From: Escherichia coli 042 | GTDB taxonomy: Bacteria; Pseudomonadota; Gammaproteobacteria; Enterobacterales; Enterobacteriaceae | Strand: one strand, 5' to 3' | DNA: 64,000 nucleotides | Assembly (NCBI RefSeq): GCF_000027125.1 | Contig: NC_017626.1 | Shown here: piece after piece, positions 10,722 to 24,211 of the stretch | Layout of the letters: every line of letters begins with the position of its first letter | How positions within the stretch are numbered: position 1 is the stretch's first letter | Made by a program: the position numbers and the translations under genes | Notes under the pieces: model-generated | Databases searched by the model: none | Seen by the model: only the letters and a program-made list of their open reading frames with translations | Told to the model about the DNA's origin: nothing

Positions 10722-11513
10722 TCAGATGCCGACGCTAACCGTCTCCGGCAGTGTGCTGCCGCCATCAATCACATTCTGTGTACCGGTTAAATAACTTGAT
10801 TCATCCGATGCGAGGAAGGCTGCCAGTTCGCCGACTTCCAGCGGATCGGCGAGGCGACGCATCGGGATTGCTTTTGCCATTTCAGTCAGCACCGATTCTG
10901 GATCTTCCGGGTTCGACTGGCGGGCAATGCTTTCCGCCATTGGCGTGCGTACGTATCCCGGGCAGATGGCGTTAACGCGAATACCAGACCGCGCGTACTC
11001 CACCGCCAGCGATTTAGTCAGGCCAACAATCGCCGCTTTCGTTAAGGCATACGCCGTTTCACCCGGATCGGCCACCATATCGCCAGTGACTGAAGACATC
11101 ATCACAATGCGACCATCTTTGCGGGCAATCATCTCCGGCAGCACCGCCTTCGTGACGTTCCATACACCTTTAATATTGATATCAATATGGAAATCGCGAT
11201 CTTCATCGCTCATATCGAGGAAACTGCCCAGACGACAAACGCCTGCGTTATTCACCAGGATATCAATGCGCCCTTCTTTTTCCTTCGCGCGCTTGATAGC
11301 TGCGGCGACCGACGCCGGGTCACGCACATCGGCGACAACCGCCGTACAGCGATGACCACGACCACACAGTTCGTCCGCCAGCTTTTCGATCTCAGGGGAG
11401 ATATCCAGCAAGATTAGGTTTGCGCCATGACGCGCAAAAGTTCTGGCAATTCCTTCGCCAATTCCCTGCAATGCGCCCGTAATCAGTGCTGTCTTGCCCG
11501 TGAGTTTACCCAT
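10722..11513 (-). CDS. ucpA: Short-chain dehydrogenase/reductase UcpA
   Basis: Track ORF is N-terminally extended; SDR sequence begins MGKLTGKTALITGALQGIGEGIA (Rossmann TGxxxGxG) and runs 263 aa. Confidence 0.9.
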   Translation of the reverse strand: MGKLTGKTALITGALQGIGEGIARTFARHGANLILLDISPEIEKLADELCGRGHRCTAVVADVRDPASVAAAIKRAKEKEGRIDILVNNAGVCRLGSFLDMSDEDRDFHIDINIKGVWNVTKAVLPEMIARKDGRIVMMSSVTGDMVADPGETAYALTKAAIVGLTKSLAVEYARSGIRVNAICPGYVRTPMAESIARQSNPEDPESVLTEMAKAIPMRRLADPLEVGELAAFLASDESSYLTGTQNVIDGGSTLPETVSVGI

Positions 11514-11641
11514 TTTAATGCTCTCCTTGTTAATACAGAGCGTTACACTCCATTCCCTCTGAAAATACAGGATAAACAAAATATTGCTGCGGATCAGCTC
11601 ACTAATTCAGGAAAATCTCAATTCAGTCGCTGCTTTATGCA

Positions 11642-12499
11642 TCATTTCAGGCGTTGCGTTAGCTCACTGCTGCGCTCAATCATTTTCAATGACTCCACAT
11701 CATTGAGTTGCACAAGGCCAACAAACAGTAAATCGGTAACAGAATTTTGCGCCGTGCGGGTAGACATCGACGAGCTACGCCATTCGGTTTCACCGGAAAC
11801 GGTATCGAGCGTGAAATGCGCCAGCCGCCGCAGCGGAGAATCGGTTAACGAGGTAATGGCAATCACCGTTGCCCCCTGCTTTCGTGCTGCCTCGGCGCAC
11901 AAGACAATCTCTTTTTTACTGCCGCTGTAAGAGATAGCGATTTGTACATCGCCTTTTTTTAGCGCCTGAGAAACGGTGGCTTGTACGTGCGTGTCGGCTT
12001 CACAGGCCACGCGATAGCCAATTTTCATCAGTTTGAACGACAGATCGCGCCCCACCAGCGCCGACCCGCCCAGGCCCGTTATCTGGATAAACGGTGCTTT
12101 ACTGATGGCCTCAATGATTTTTTGCAGCCGCGCGTAGTCGAACAACGCGCAGGTTTGCTCCAGCGCCAGCTCTTTTTCGCGATTCAGTTTGCGGGCAATC
12201 ACTTCCAGCGAATCATCACTGGTAATCGAACTGTGCAGGTGCAGCGCCGTGGCATTCGTTTTCTCCCGGCTGGCACTGTATTCGCCAATTAACGCCATAC
12301 GCAATTCAGTAAATCCTTGCGCGCCGAGCTTCTGGGCAAACTTCACAATACTCGACTGACTGATGCCGAGCTGTTTCGCCATCTTGCGCGAAGAGACAGA
12401 TTTCAGCTCACTCACGTTGGCCCGCAGAAAGTCAGCAATTTTTTGCTCGTTCCCGGTAAATTCACTTTCCGCATTGCGTATTTTCGTCAGGTACAACAT
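11642..12499 (-). CDS. murR: RpiR/MurR-family transcriptional repressor of murQP
   Basis: Track ORF 396 aa is an upstream extension; the 285-aa product starts at [14 protein letters not shown] (HTH) and carries a SIS domain; divergent from murQ. Confidence 0.9.
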   Translation of the reverse strand: MLYLTKIRNAESEFTGNEQKIADFLRANVSELKSVSSRKMAKQLGISQSSIVKFAQKLGAQGFTELRMALIGEYSASREKTNATALHLHSSITSDDSLEVIARKLNREKELALEQTCALFDYARLQKIIEAISKAPFIQITGLGGSALVGRDLSFKLMKIGYRVACEADTHVQATVSQALKKGDVQIAISYSGSKKEIVLCAEAARKQGATVIAITSLTDSPLRRLAHFTLDTVSGETEWRSSSMSTRTAQNSVTDLLFVGLVQLNDVESLKMIERSSELTQRLK

Positions 12500-12662
12500 C
12501 TTCCACTCTCCTGGGCTGGCAGCAAAAATTCCGCTTAAGTTCTTATGACGCTCTTCACACTCTGCGAGTGTAGACTCAATGATTCCTTTAAGTCTGTCAA
12601 TTCGGGATATATGATTCCATACATCTGCAATTATTTGATCGTAAATAGTAAGGTCACCACCG

Positions 12663-13559
12663 ATGCAACTTGAAAAGATGATTACCGAAGGCTCGAACGC
12701 CGCCTCGGCTGAAATTGACCGCGTATCAACGCTGGAAATGTGCCGGATTATCAACGATGAAGATAAAACCGTGCCGCTTGCCGTTGAGCGCGTACTGCCG
12801 GATATCGCCGCGGCGATCGATGTTATCCACACCCAGGTAAGCGGCGGCGGGCGTCTGATTTATCTCGGTGCGGGAACATCCGGTCGTCTGGGGATTCTGG
12901 ATGCCAGCGAATGTCCGCCCACCTACGGCGTGAAACCAGGCCTGGTAGTTGGATTAATTGCTGGCGGCGAATATGCCATTCAGCACGCGGTGGAAGGCGC
13001 GGAAGATAGCCGGGAAGGTGGTGTTAACGATCTGAAAAATCTTAATTTAACGGCACAGGATGTGGTGGTTGGGATTGCGGCCAGCGGACGCACGCCGTAT
13101 GTGATTGCCGGACTGGAATACGCGCGCCAGCTCGGCTGCCGCACAGTGGGAATTTCCTGTAATCCGGGGAGCGCCGTTTCAACCACCGCAGAGTTTGCCA
13201 TTACACCGATTGTAGGTGCCGAAGTAGTCACCGGTTCTTCGCGAATGAAAGCAGGCACGGCGCAGAAACTGGTGCTCAATATGCTTTCCACCGGGCTGAT
13301 GATTAAATCCGGCAAAGTGTTCGGCAACCTGATGGTCGATGTGGTCGCCACCAACGAAAAACTGCATGTGCGCCAGGTCAATATCGTCAAAAACGCTACC
13401 GGATGTAGCGCAGAGCAAGCGGAAGCGGCATTGGTTGCCTGCGAGCGCAACTGTAAAACGGCCATTGTGATGGTGCTGAAAAATCTCGATGCCGCAGAAG
13501 CTAAAAAACGCCTGGATCAACACGGCGGCTTTATTCGTCAGGTTTTAGACAAGGAATAA
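12663..13559 (+). CDS. murQ: N-acetylmuramic acid 6-phosphate etherase
   Basis: 298-aa [29 protein letters not shown]...; SIS-domain etherase; followed by murP. Confidence 0.95.
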   Translation: MQLEKMITEGSNAASAEIDRVSTLEMCRIINDEDKTVPLAVERVLPDIAAAIDVIHTQVSGGGRLIYLGAGTSGRLGILDASECPPTYGVKPGLVVGLIAGGEYAIQHAVEGAEDSREGGVNDLKNLNLTAQDVVVGIAASGRTPYVIAGLEYARQLGCRTVGISCNPGSAVSTTAEFAITPIVGAEVVTGSSRMKAGTAQKLVLNMLSTGLMIKSGKVFGNLMVDVVATNEKLHVRQVNIVKNATGCSAEQAEAALVACERNCKTAIVMVLKNLDAAEAKKRLDQHGGFIRQVLDKE

Positions 13560-13562
13560 CCC

Positions 13563-14987
<1,425 letters not shown>

Positions 14988-14991
14988 TAAT

Positions 14992-15109
14992 ATGAAACGG
15001 ACAATGCTCTGTCTTTCTCTGCTGGCTGTCAGCTGTAGCGTCAGCGCCGCAAAATACCCTGTTCTGACAGAAAGTAGTTGATCAAGTGTATGCGGCGTTA
15101 AAGCAGTAA
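14992..15109 (+). pseudogene. yfeW: Probable remnant of yfeW (PBP4B / DD-carboxypeptidase) after an internal deletion
   Basis: ATG at 14992 with RBS 5 bp after murP encodes a signal-peptide-like MKRTMLCLSLLAVSCSVSAAKYPVLTESS then a stop at 15079-15081; a different frame ends ...VYAALKQ* at 15107-15109. K-12 order as I recall it is murP-yfeW-yfeX with yfeW about 430 codons. Confidence 0.45.
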
Positions 15110-15113
15110 TAAA

Positions 15114-15146
15114 AAGGCCAGTCAGTTGTGATACTGGCTGGCCTTT
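15114..15146. terminator. Bidirectional hairpin terminator between the yfeW remnant and convergent yfeX
   Basis: aaaaaggccag-tcagttgtgata-ctggccttt: GC stem flanked by A-run and T-run. Confidence 0.55.
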
Positions 15147-15166
15147 AATCATCGAATCAGAAACGA

Positions 15167-16150
<984 letters not shown>

Positions 16151-16161
16151 TCAGACGCAAA

Positions 16162-16737
16162 TTAACGCCGCCAGATAATTTTACTGACTTTCCAGTTTTT
16201 CAGGGTATCGTCCGAAGGCATTAACCCTTCAGGACCACTCCATTCCCCGCTGAACTGGTAGCTAATATGTTGACTGCCTTCGGCTTTACATTCGACGGCA
16301 CGATTATCATCACCATCAGCTTTTTGGCAATTGCCAAATGCTTTGCTGTAAAGGTCGCTAAACGGTGTACCGATTTTAACACCGGTGTCAGCAGGAATAT
16401 CGCTATCCAGCACATCAATGCGGCTGATCGTACCCTGATCGCCGTTAATCACCATCGCCACGTTGTCGCCTTTCATCACTTCAAAAAAGCGCACCACGTT
16501 GCCGTTCGCGGTTTTCATTCCGCTGCGCAGGCGATAATCGCCATCAAGCGCATCGGCAATGGGTTGTTCTTGCAGTGGTGTGGACGCCGTTAATTCACCA
16601 ACGCCCTGCTCGCTCACTTTGGTGGACGACCCAAACCAGTTCCACGGGTTAGCGGCAGACCAGTTAACTGACGACATCGTGGAACAGCCGGTCAGCATCA
16701 GCGGCATAGCGCATAACATTAAACGCAGCGATTTCAT
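16162..16737 (-). CDS. yfeY: Lipoprotein YfeY
   Basis: 191-aa ORF with lipobox MKSLRLMLCAMPLMLTGCS. Confidence 0.9.
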   Translation of the reverse strand: MKSLRLMLCAMPLMLTGCSTMSSVNWSAANPWNWFGSSTKVSEQGVGELTASTPLQEQPIADALDGDYRLRSGMKTANGNVVRFFEVMKGDNVAMVINGDQGTISRIDVLDSDIPADTGVKIGTPFSDLYSKAFGNCQKADGDDNRAVECKAEGSQHISYQFSGEWSGPEGLMPSDDTLKNWKVSKIIWRR

Positions 16738-16797
16738 GTCACTTCCTTTGGTTATTCAATAACGTTGCTTGGAGTGCAAATTCACCAAAAAGTGCCG

Positions 16798-17247
16798 TTA
16801 TTCTTTTTCTTCATTAAAACAAGCGCGTAAACGTCGATTGGTCAGCAGCCAGATTAACGCCACAATATCCGCCACTACCAGCGCCAGCCCGATACCGCTA
16901 ACGGATTCACCGTTCAGCCACAGCCACGGTTGCCAGCAAAGTAAAACCACTTGCGCCAACAGCAACAGAAAATAGAGCACATGCCAGATACGGGGAAATG
17001 AAGCCCGCCGACCACTCAGCAAAAACGCCAGCACCGCCGGAATGCCGGGAATCAACCCCAGCCAGAAATTATCGTGATCGGGATAAAACAGATTTAGCAG
17101 CGCAGTACCCTGCTCGCGCGACGCACCGGCAATGACAAACAGCACCCAGGTTCGCGCCTGAAGCAATAGCACAAGCCAGAAGAGCAAGGGTAAACGCAGG
17201 CGACCGTGCGCATCATAATGGACAGGATGAAACTCAGTACTCTTCAT
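16798..17247 (-). CDS. yfeZ: Inner membrane protein YfeZ
   Basis: Hydrophobic roughly 149-aa ORF; the choice between the two adjacent in-frame ATGs (17253 or 17247) is uncertain. Confidence 0.85.
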
Positions 17248-17659
17248 CTTCAATCAAACGCTTACCCAGACTTAGCACGTCGGCGTGTTCATATCCCAGG
17301 CGTTCATACATTCCGAGCACCATGTCGTTATCTTCCGGCACGTTGATCTGAATTTTCGGGCAGCCGCGAGCAATCAGCTTTTTCTCCAGCCGATTAAGCA
17401 ACGCATTAGCAATCCCACGCCCACGAAACTCTGGATGCACGCCAAGATAATAAGCAGACCCGCGATGCCCGTCATAACCGCCCATCACCGTTCCGACCAC
17501 TTCACCGTTTACCTCAGCGACCAGAAACAAACTGACGTCATGGTTCATCTTACGCTCGATGTCCATTTCCGGATCGTTCCACGGACGCAGCAAGTCGCAA
17601 CGCTCCCAAAGGGTGATGACCTCTTCGAAATCTTCCTGGCGAAATACGCGTATCTCCAT
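17234..17659 (-). CDS. ypeA: GNAT-family N-acetyltransferase YpeA
   Basis: Track ORF is N-terminally extended; product from [21 protein letters not shown] is 141 aa with the GNAT acetyl-CoA motif ([10 protein letters not shown]). Confidence 0.9.
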
Positions 17660-17872
17660 GGTATTCGTTACCTTTTTGCGGGTTAAAAGGCTGATTATGG
17701 CGTGAACGGTCGAATTAGCCAATATCTGACGAAAATCGGTTGAAAAAGTGGCATAATGAGGAGTTGTCAACTATTGAAATGAAAAGTAAAACAATTCTCA
17801 ACAGCAAACGGTCGTAACGGATTACGCGATACGATATAACATCTGGAACTTTATTATTACAACTCAGGCCGT

Positions 17873-18742
17873 ATGAGCACTTTTAAACCACTAAAAACAC
17901 TCACTTCGCGCCGCCAGGTGCTGAAAGCCGGTTTGGCTGCCCTGACGTTGTCAGGAATGTCGCAAGCCATCGCCAAAGACGAACCTTTAAAAACCAGCAA
18001 CGGACACAGCAAGCCGAAAGCTAAAAAATCTGGCGGCAAACGTGTCGTTGTTCTCGATCCAGGCCACGGCGGGATTGATACCGGAGCGATCGGGCGCAAC
18101 GGTTCGAAAGAAAAACATGTGGTGCTGGCGATTGCTAAAAACGTCCGTTCCATTTTGCGTAATCATGGGATTGATGCGCGTTTAACGCGTTCTGGCGATA
18201 CGTTTATCCCACTTTACGATCGCGTTGAAATCGCCCATAAACATGGCGCAGATCTGTTTATGTCAATTCATGCCGATGGCTTTACCAACCCGAAAGCTGC
18301 CGGTGCTTCGGTATTTGCCCTCTCTAACCGTGGGGCAAGTAGCGCAATGGCGAAATACCTGTCTGAACGCGAAAACCGCGCCGATGAAGTTGCCGGTAAA
18401 AAGGCGACTGACAAGGATCACCTATTGCAGCAAGTGCTGTTTGATCTGGTGCAAACCGATACTATTAAAAACAGCCTGACGCTCGGCTCGCATATTCTGA
18501 AAAAGATTAAGCCGGTGCATAAACTGCACAGCCGCAACACCGAACAAGCCGCGTTTGTGGTGTTGAAATCGCCGTCGGTTCCTTCGGTGCTGGTGGAAAC
18601 CTCGTTTATCACCAACCCGGAAGAAGAGCGGCTGTTAGGCACGGCAGCATTTCGCCAGAAAATCGCCACAGCGATTGCCGAAGGCGTGATCAGTTATTTT
18701 CACTGGTTTGACAACCAGAAAGCACACTCGAGAAAGCGGTAA
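17873..18742 (+). CDS. amiA: N-acetylmuramoyl-L-alanine amidase A (Tat-exported)
   Basis: 289-aa ORF with twin-arginine signal (SRRQVLKAGLAAL) and an amidase_3 domain. Confidence 0.95.
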   Translation: MSTFKPLKTLTSRRQVLKAGLAALTLSGMSQAIAKDEPLKTSNGHSKPKAKKSGGKRVVVLDPGHGGIDTGAIGRNGSKEKHVVLAIAKNVRSILRNHGIDARLTRSGDTFIPLYDRVEIAHKHGADLFMSIHADGFTNPKAAGASVFALSNRGASSAMAKYLSERENRADEVAGKKATDKDHLLQQVLFDLVQTDTIKNSLTLGSHILKKIKPVHKLHSRNTEQAAFVVLKSPSVPSVLVETSFITNPEEERLLGTAAFRQKIATAIAEGVISYFHWFDNQKAHSRKR

Positions 18743-19645
<903 letters not shown>

Positions 19646-19650
19646 CTCCC

Positions 19651-20703
19651 TCACCCCCATTCCCGCATCCGCTGATGCAGCGTCAACGACGGCTTCTCGG
19701 CAAACAGCTGCTGGTAATCCGTGGCAAATTGCCCCAGATGCCAGAATCCCCACTGCATGGCGGCGTCTTTTACCGTTGTGCTTTGCGACCAAGGGCTTAT
19801 CAGTTCGCGGCGTACGGCGTTCAGGCGAATGCGTTTCAGCCACGCATTTGGGCCAATGCCTAAAATAGCGTGAAACGCGTTTTGTAGCGTGCGGCGGCTG
19901 ACATGCAGTTGATTACACAAGTCCAGCACCGTCACCGGTTCGGACATGTTTTCCAGCACATATTCACGGGCGCGGGAAAGCAACCGACGGTAACTCTGAT
20001 GACTGATGCTTTCCGCCGTCACCATTGGCTGCGCTTCTTCCAGCATCGCCCCCATCGCCATGAGCAAATTATCCCCCAGCACTTTACGCACAGCAGGCTG
20101 ATGAAGATTTTCCGGGTTCTCGCAAAATGTCGCCAGCGCCTGTTGGACAAAGCCCCACAGCGCGGCTTTATGCTGTTCTTTCACTTCCAGCGCCGACTGG
20201 CTACGCAGCATATGTAATACCCGATCCGGATTATGCAAAAAGTTAGCCTGACGGGTGATGACATCTTCAGAAAGCACTACGCCCAGGATCGTGTAATCGT
20301 CCGGCGTACTTAATTCAAACTCGGTTCCACCGGGGCGCGTCGCTATTTCTGCGCTTCCCAGACATTGCGAACCGATAAATCCCTGCTCACCGCGCGTCGC
20401 CGGAATGCCAAACCAGAACGAGTTCGGCCAGACCAGGCACGACTGACGCAGCGCCAGACCGGTGTATTCACGAAAAACCTGAATATCATCGAGTAGAATT
20501 TCCGTAAATTCACCATGAAACTTGCCCGGATGCAGCTGATCGTAAATCTGCTGCCAGGCGGTAATCGTTAAAGCATGTTCATAGACATCCGTTGTCTGTC
20601 GTTGATGAACATTATCCACTTCGACCTTCGGCGTGAGCTTCAGGTTTTCGGGTAAGGGTTCATGATAAAGATGGTGCAAATTGGCTGTACGGGTCTTTTT
20701 CAT
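19651..20703 (-). CDS. eutR: AraC-family transcriptional activator of the eut operon
   Basis: 350-aa ORF with a C-terminal AraC-type HTH; sits at the distal end of the eut cluster. Confidence 0.93.
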   Translation of the reverse strand: MKKTRTANLHHLYHEPLPENLKLTPKVEVDNVHQRQTTDVYEHALTITAWQQIYDQLHPGKFHGEFTEILLDDIQVFREYTGLALRQSCLVWPNSFWFGIPATRGEQGFIGSQCLGSAEIATRPGGTEFELSTPDDYTILGVVLSEDVITRQANFLHNPDRVLHMLRSQSALEVKEQHKAALWGFVQQALATFCENPENLHQPAVRKVLGDNLLMAMGAMLEEAQPMVTAESISHQSYRRLLSRAREYVLENMSEPVTVLDLCNQLHVSRRTLQNAFHAILGIGPNAWLKRIRLNAVRRELISPWSQSTTVKDAAMQWGFWHLGQFATDYQQLFAEKPSLTLHQRMREWG

Positions 20704-20748
20704 GATGTTAATGCCGGGTGTTGTAGGACACCCGGCACCTCCGACAGG

Positions 20749-21249
20749 TTAATGGGGCTTGAGACGATAACGACTACTGCGTTTACGTAACGTCCCGGCA
20801 GAAAAGAGCTGTTCGAGCGCATTTCTGGCTTTTTCGAGCGGCCAGCCAAAGTGGGCTGCCACTTCTCCTGCCGTCATTCCCTGACGTACTGATGTTAACA
20901 GCGCCAACAACTCGTCAGCAGATTCCGCGACGATAACTGGCGCGTCGGGTTCCTTTACGGGTTGCTTCGGCTGGCGGTTAAAGCCAGTAACCAGCCACTG
21001 GATGTCATCGTCTGGCCGACCGATCTCCTTGCGGCTGATGACACGCCCGGTACGCATCGCGGCAGCACAACCTGCGTCCAGCGCCGCACGACACGCCGCC
21101 AGATCGCCTTCCACCACCAGCGTTAGGCGACCAGGGTCAAGCACTTCGTGACTGAGCAGACGAACGTTAGCTGCTTTGAGCATGGCATCAGCTGCATCTA
21201 TCGCGGCGACCATGCCGTCCACTTCCAGCAATCCCAGTGCATTGATCAT
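20749..21249 (-). CDS. eutK: Ethanolamine microcompartment shell protein EutK
   Basis: BMC-domain N-terminus (MINALGLLEVDGMVAAIDAADAMLKAANV) with a C-terminal extension; start chosen at the MINALG ATG. Confidence 0.9.
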   Translation of the reverse strand: MINALGLLEVDGMVAAIDAADAMLKAANVRLLSHEVLDPGRLTLVVEGDLAACRAALDAGCAAAMRTGRVISRKEIGRPDDDIQWLVTGFNRQPKQPVKEPDAPVIVAESADELLALLTSVRQGMTAGEVAAHFGWPLEKARNALEQLFSAGTLRKRSSRYRLKPH

Positions 21250-21261
21250 CGGCAACCTCCG

Positions 21262-21921
21262 TTACGCACGCTGGATAGGATTACGCGCGATTTCCAGCAC
21301 TGCATCGGTAAAGGCGTTACAGGCTGCTTTACACGCTGCCTGGCTACCGGTTAAAAATGCTGCCGAGTAGTTGGTTTCAGACGGTGGCGGGACATAGGTC
21401 ACCAGCTGTACGTCGGCAGATTTCAGGGCTGCATCAATGCCATAGGTCGCTTCCAGCGGCGGTGCCACCAGATACGCCATCGGATCGCCAAGCGTGATCC
21501 CGGCGGTTGATGAGAGATAAGAACCGGTACGCGAAACTACATGTGCCAGGAAGGCTGTATTTTCTGCGTCATTAGCCCACTGGAAAGCAGCGCCATTTTC
21601 AATATGCGCAACCATCGCATCCAGACCAGCACGCACTTCCGCCGGGTTTGGCCCACCGAGCATAATCAGCACTTCACCGGCAGTCGGTGACGGTCCGTGT
21701 GCAGCGCCCGCATACAGCGAGCGGCCATACACCACTTCGACCATCGCCTGCTTGGTCGCTTCGTCAGCCGCAATGTAGGTGACGTCATCGGAATCAGCAG
21801 AAATCAGCCCGAGGCTACGAATATGCGGCGGCAATTTCAGTTCACGCGCAAATTCGGCGTTAACGGAGGCAATCACCCGCATGGCGGTGACCGACGGTCG
21901 AATCAAATCTAAAGCTGGCAT
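21262..21921 (-). CDS. eutL: Ethanolamine microcompartment shell protein EutL (tandem BMC domains)
   Basis: 219-aa ORF; position between eutC and eutK. Confidence 0.93.
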   Translation of the reverse strand: MPALDLIRPSVTAMRVIASVNAEFARELKLPPHIRSLGLISADSDDVTYIAADEATKQAMVEVVYGRSLYAGAAHGPSPTAGEVLIMLGGPNPAEVRAGLDAMVAHIENGAAFQWANDAENTAFLAHVVSRTGSYLSSTAGITLGDPMAYLVAPPLEATYGIDAALKSADVQLVTYVPPPSETNYSAAFLTGSQAACKAACNAFTDAVLEIARNPIQRA

Positions 21922-21930
21922 GATGCCTCC

Positions 21931-22818
21931 TTATCGGGTCATGTTGATGCCGGATGCTTTCTGCTCCAGCATACGTTTCGCCAAATCCACAATGACGGCT
22001 GCGGCTTCAACCGGCGGCGTGCCGCCCTGGTGAATGTTAGAAATACAGGTGCGATCGGCCTCAACGGTGGTCGCCATACGCGGCGAGTAAACGGCGTAGC
22101 AGGAGAGGCTTTCTGACTGCCCTAATCCCGGGCGTTCCCCCACCAGCAGGATCACTACTTTCGCGCCGAGGATCTCACCGATCTGATCTTCAATCTTCAC
22201 GCGACCATAACGAACAAAGAATGGCGTACCGACTTTCAGCCCGGCCTGTTTCAGGCCCGCCATCAGCGGCGGCAGGATCTCTTCGTAGTTCACGGTGATC
22301 GCATCAGTTGACAGGCCATCAGAAATAACGACCTGCACGTCCGGATTAGCAACACACTGTGCTTTCAGCGCTTCAACAGCTTCTGCACACAGGCGGCGGC
22401 CCATATCCGGACGAGTCAGGTAGAGATTTTTGTCGCTAATTTCAGAGCGGACTTCCAGCAAGCCCTGCGCTTTCACCCACTCTTCTGGCACTTCTTTCAG
22501 TACGGTATCTTTCGAACGAGAGTGATCGGCCAGGAAACGCAGCAACGCCTGGGTACGCGGACGCGGACCGGCACGACCGGTACAAACGCGGGCCACGGTG
22601 CTGCGACGCAGTTCTGTTAATACGTCTGCGCGATGCGGGTTTTCAACGCCAATCCACGCTTTTGCTTCCGCAGAGCCTAAATCCAGCGCGCAGCTTTCCG
22701 AGGTCACCGGTGCCGCACAGGTGGTGGTGGCGCACTTTGCTTCTGACGGCGCGGGGGCCGCTTGTCCCATTGACGCCATCACGCTGCGTACAATTTCTTC
22801 AATCTGTTTTTGATCCAT
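21931..22818 (-). CDS. eutC: Ethanolamine ammonia-lyase small (light) subunit
   Basis: 295-aa ORF immediately downstream of eutB. Confidence 0.95.
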   Translation of the reverse strand: MDQKQIEEIVRSVMASMGQAAPAPSEAKCATTTCAAPVTSESCALDLGSAEAKAWIGVENPHRADVLTELRRSTVARVCTGRAGPRPRTQALLRFLADHSRSKDTVLKEVPEEWVKAQGLLEVRSEISDKNLYLTRPDMGRRLCAEAVEALKAQCVANPDVQVVISDGLSTDAITVNYEEILPPLMAGLKQAGLKVGTPFFVRYGRVKIEDQIGEILGAKVVILLVGERPGLGQSESLSCYAVYSPRMATTVEADRTCISNIHQGGTPPVEAAAVIVDLAKRMLEQKASGINMTR

Positions 22819-22838
22819 GATGTGTTATCTCCGCGTCA

Positions 22839-24200
22839 TCAGAAGAACAGTGACGGATCGCCCGCCCGTTTGGTCAGGCGACCGTTTGCCATAATGCCCA
22901 TGCTTTCCAGCCAGCGTTCAAACTCCGGTGACGGGCGCAGGTTGAGTAACTGACGCACAGTGGCGGTATCGTGGAAGGCGGTGGTCTGGTAGTTGAGCAT
23001 GATGTCATCACCCAGCGGCATCCCCATGATGTAGTTACAGCCTGCGGTGGCGAGCAGGATCATCAGGTTTTCGTTGAGGTTCTGGTCAGCGTCAGCGTGG
23101 TTGGTGTAGCAGCAGTCACAGCCCATAGAGATGCCGCTCAGCTTACCCATAAAGTGATCTTCTAAGCCCGCACGGATAATCTGGCGGTCGTTGTAGAGAT
23201 ACTCCGGCCCAATAAAGCCGACCACGGTGTTGACGATAAACGGATCGTAATGACGCGCCAGCCCATAGTTACGCGCTTCCATCGTCACCTGGTCAGCGCC
23301 GAAGTTCGCGCCAGCGGACAGCGCAGAACCCTGCCCGGTTTCGAAGTAGAGGCAGTTTTCCCCGGCGATACGGTTGAACTCCGCGCCCACTGCGCGTGCT
23401 TCATCGAGCATCGCCAGCTCCACGCCAAATTCTTTCAGCCCTTTTTCGCTGCCGCAGATACTCTGGAAAATCAGCCCGCCTGGTGCGCCACGACGGATCG
23501 CTTCAATCTGGGTGGTGACGTGCGCCAGCACGCAGCCCTGGGTCGGAATGTTGAATTTGTCGATCACGCCGCAAATGGTGTCCAACACGCGGCTTAAGTT
23601 TTCCACGTCGTCAGTCACCGGGTTAACGCCGATCACCGCATCGCCCACCCCGAAGGAAAGCCCTTCGTAGATTTGCGCGGCGATACTTTGCACGTCGTCA
23701 CGGGTGTCGTTTGGCTGCAAGCGGGCGCTGAAGGTGCCCGGAATACCGATGGTGGTATTGGCCTTTTTGATCACCGGCATTTTCTTCGCGCCGTAGATCA
23801 GGTCCGCGTTGGAGCAAATCTTCGCTACCGCCGCGACCACTTCCGAGGTCAGCCCTTTGCGGGTAAAGGCAATGTCGTCCACGCTGGTTTCATCGCTCAG
23901 CACATACTCACGCAGTTCGCTGATGCTCCAGTTTTTAATCTGGTTGTAGGCCGTTTCGTTAACGTCGTCCTGAATCAGCCGCGTCACGCAGTCATCTTCA
24001 TAGGCAATCACCGGATTATTGCGGATGTCCGCTACGGTCATTTCCGACAACACCTGCTTTGCCGCCACGCGCTCTTGTGAGCTTGCCGCTGCAACGCCCG
24101 CCAGCACATCCCCCGAACGCAGTTCGTTGGCTTTAGCCAGCACCTCTTTTACATCCTTAAACTGATATACATTGCCGAACAATGTGGTCTTTAGTTTCAT
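22839..24200 (-). CDS. eutB: Ethanolamine ammonia-lyase large (heavy) subunit
   Basis: 453-aa ORF MKLKTTLFGNVYQFKDVKEVLAKANELRSGD...; only 11 bp from the eutA stop. Confidence 0.96.
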   Translation of the reverse strand: MKLKTTLFGNVYQFKDVKEVLAKANELRSGDVLAGVAAASSQERVAAKQVLSEMTVADIRNNPVIAYEDDCVTRLIQDDVNETAYNQIKNWSISELREYVLSDETSVDDIAFTRKGLTSEVVAAVAKICSNADLIYGAKKMPVIKKANTTIGIPGTFSARLQPNDTRDDVQSIAAQIYEGLSFGVGDAVIGVNPVTDDVENLSRVLDTICGVIDKFNIPTQGCVLAHVTTQIEAIRRGAPGGLIFQSICGSEKGLKEFGVELAMLDEARAVGAEFNRIAGENCLYFETGQGSALSAGANFGADQVTMEARNYGLARHYDPFIVNTVVGFIGPEYLYNDRQIIRAGLEDHFMGKLSGISMGCDCCYTNHADADQNLNENLMILLATAGCNYIMGMPLGDDIMLNYQTTAFHDTATVRQLLNLRPSPEFERWLESMGIMANGRLTKRAGDPSLFF

Positions 24201-24211
24201 AAGTCGTTCCC

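Noticed and set aside
11642-12832. Long N-terminal extensions in track ORFs (murR 396 aa, cysM 329 aa, ucpA 285 aa, ypeA 178 aa, eutS 135 aa, tktB 688 aa, gcvR 212 aa and others)
   Set aside because: These arise from longest-ORF calling; the extensions lack RBS and domain content and would overlap upstream genes or promoters. Internal starts with RBS give the expected protein lengths.
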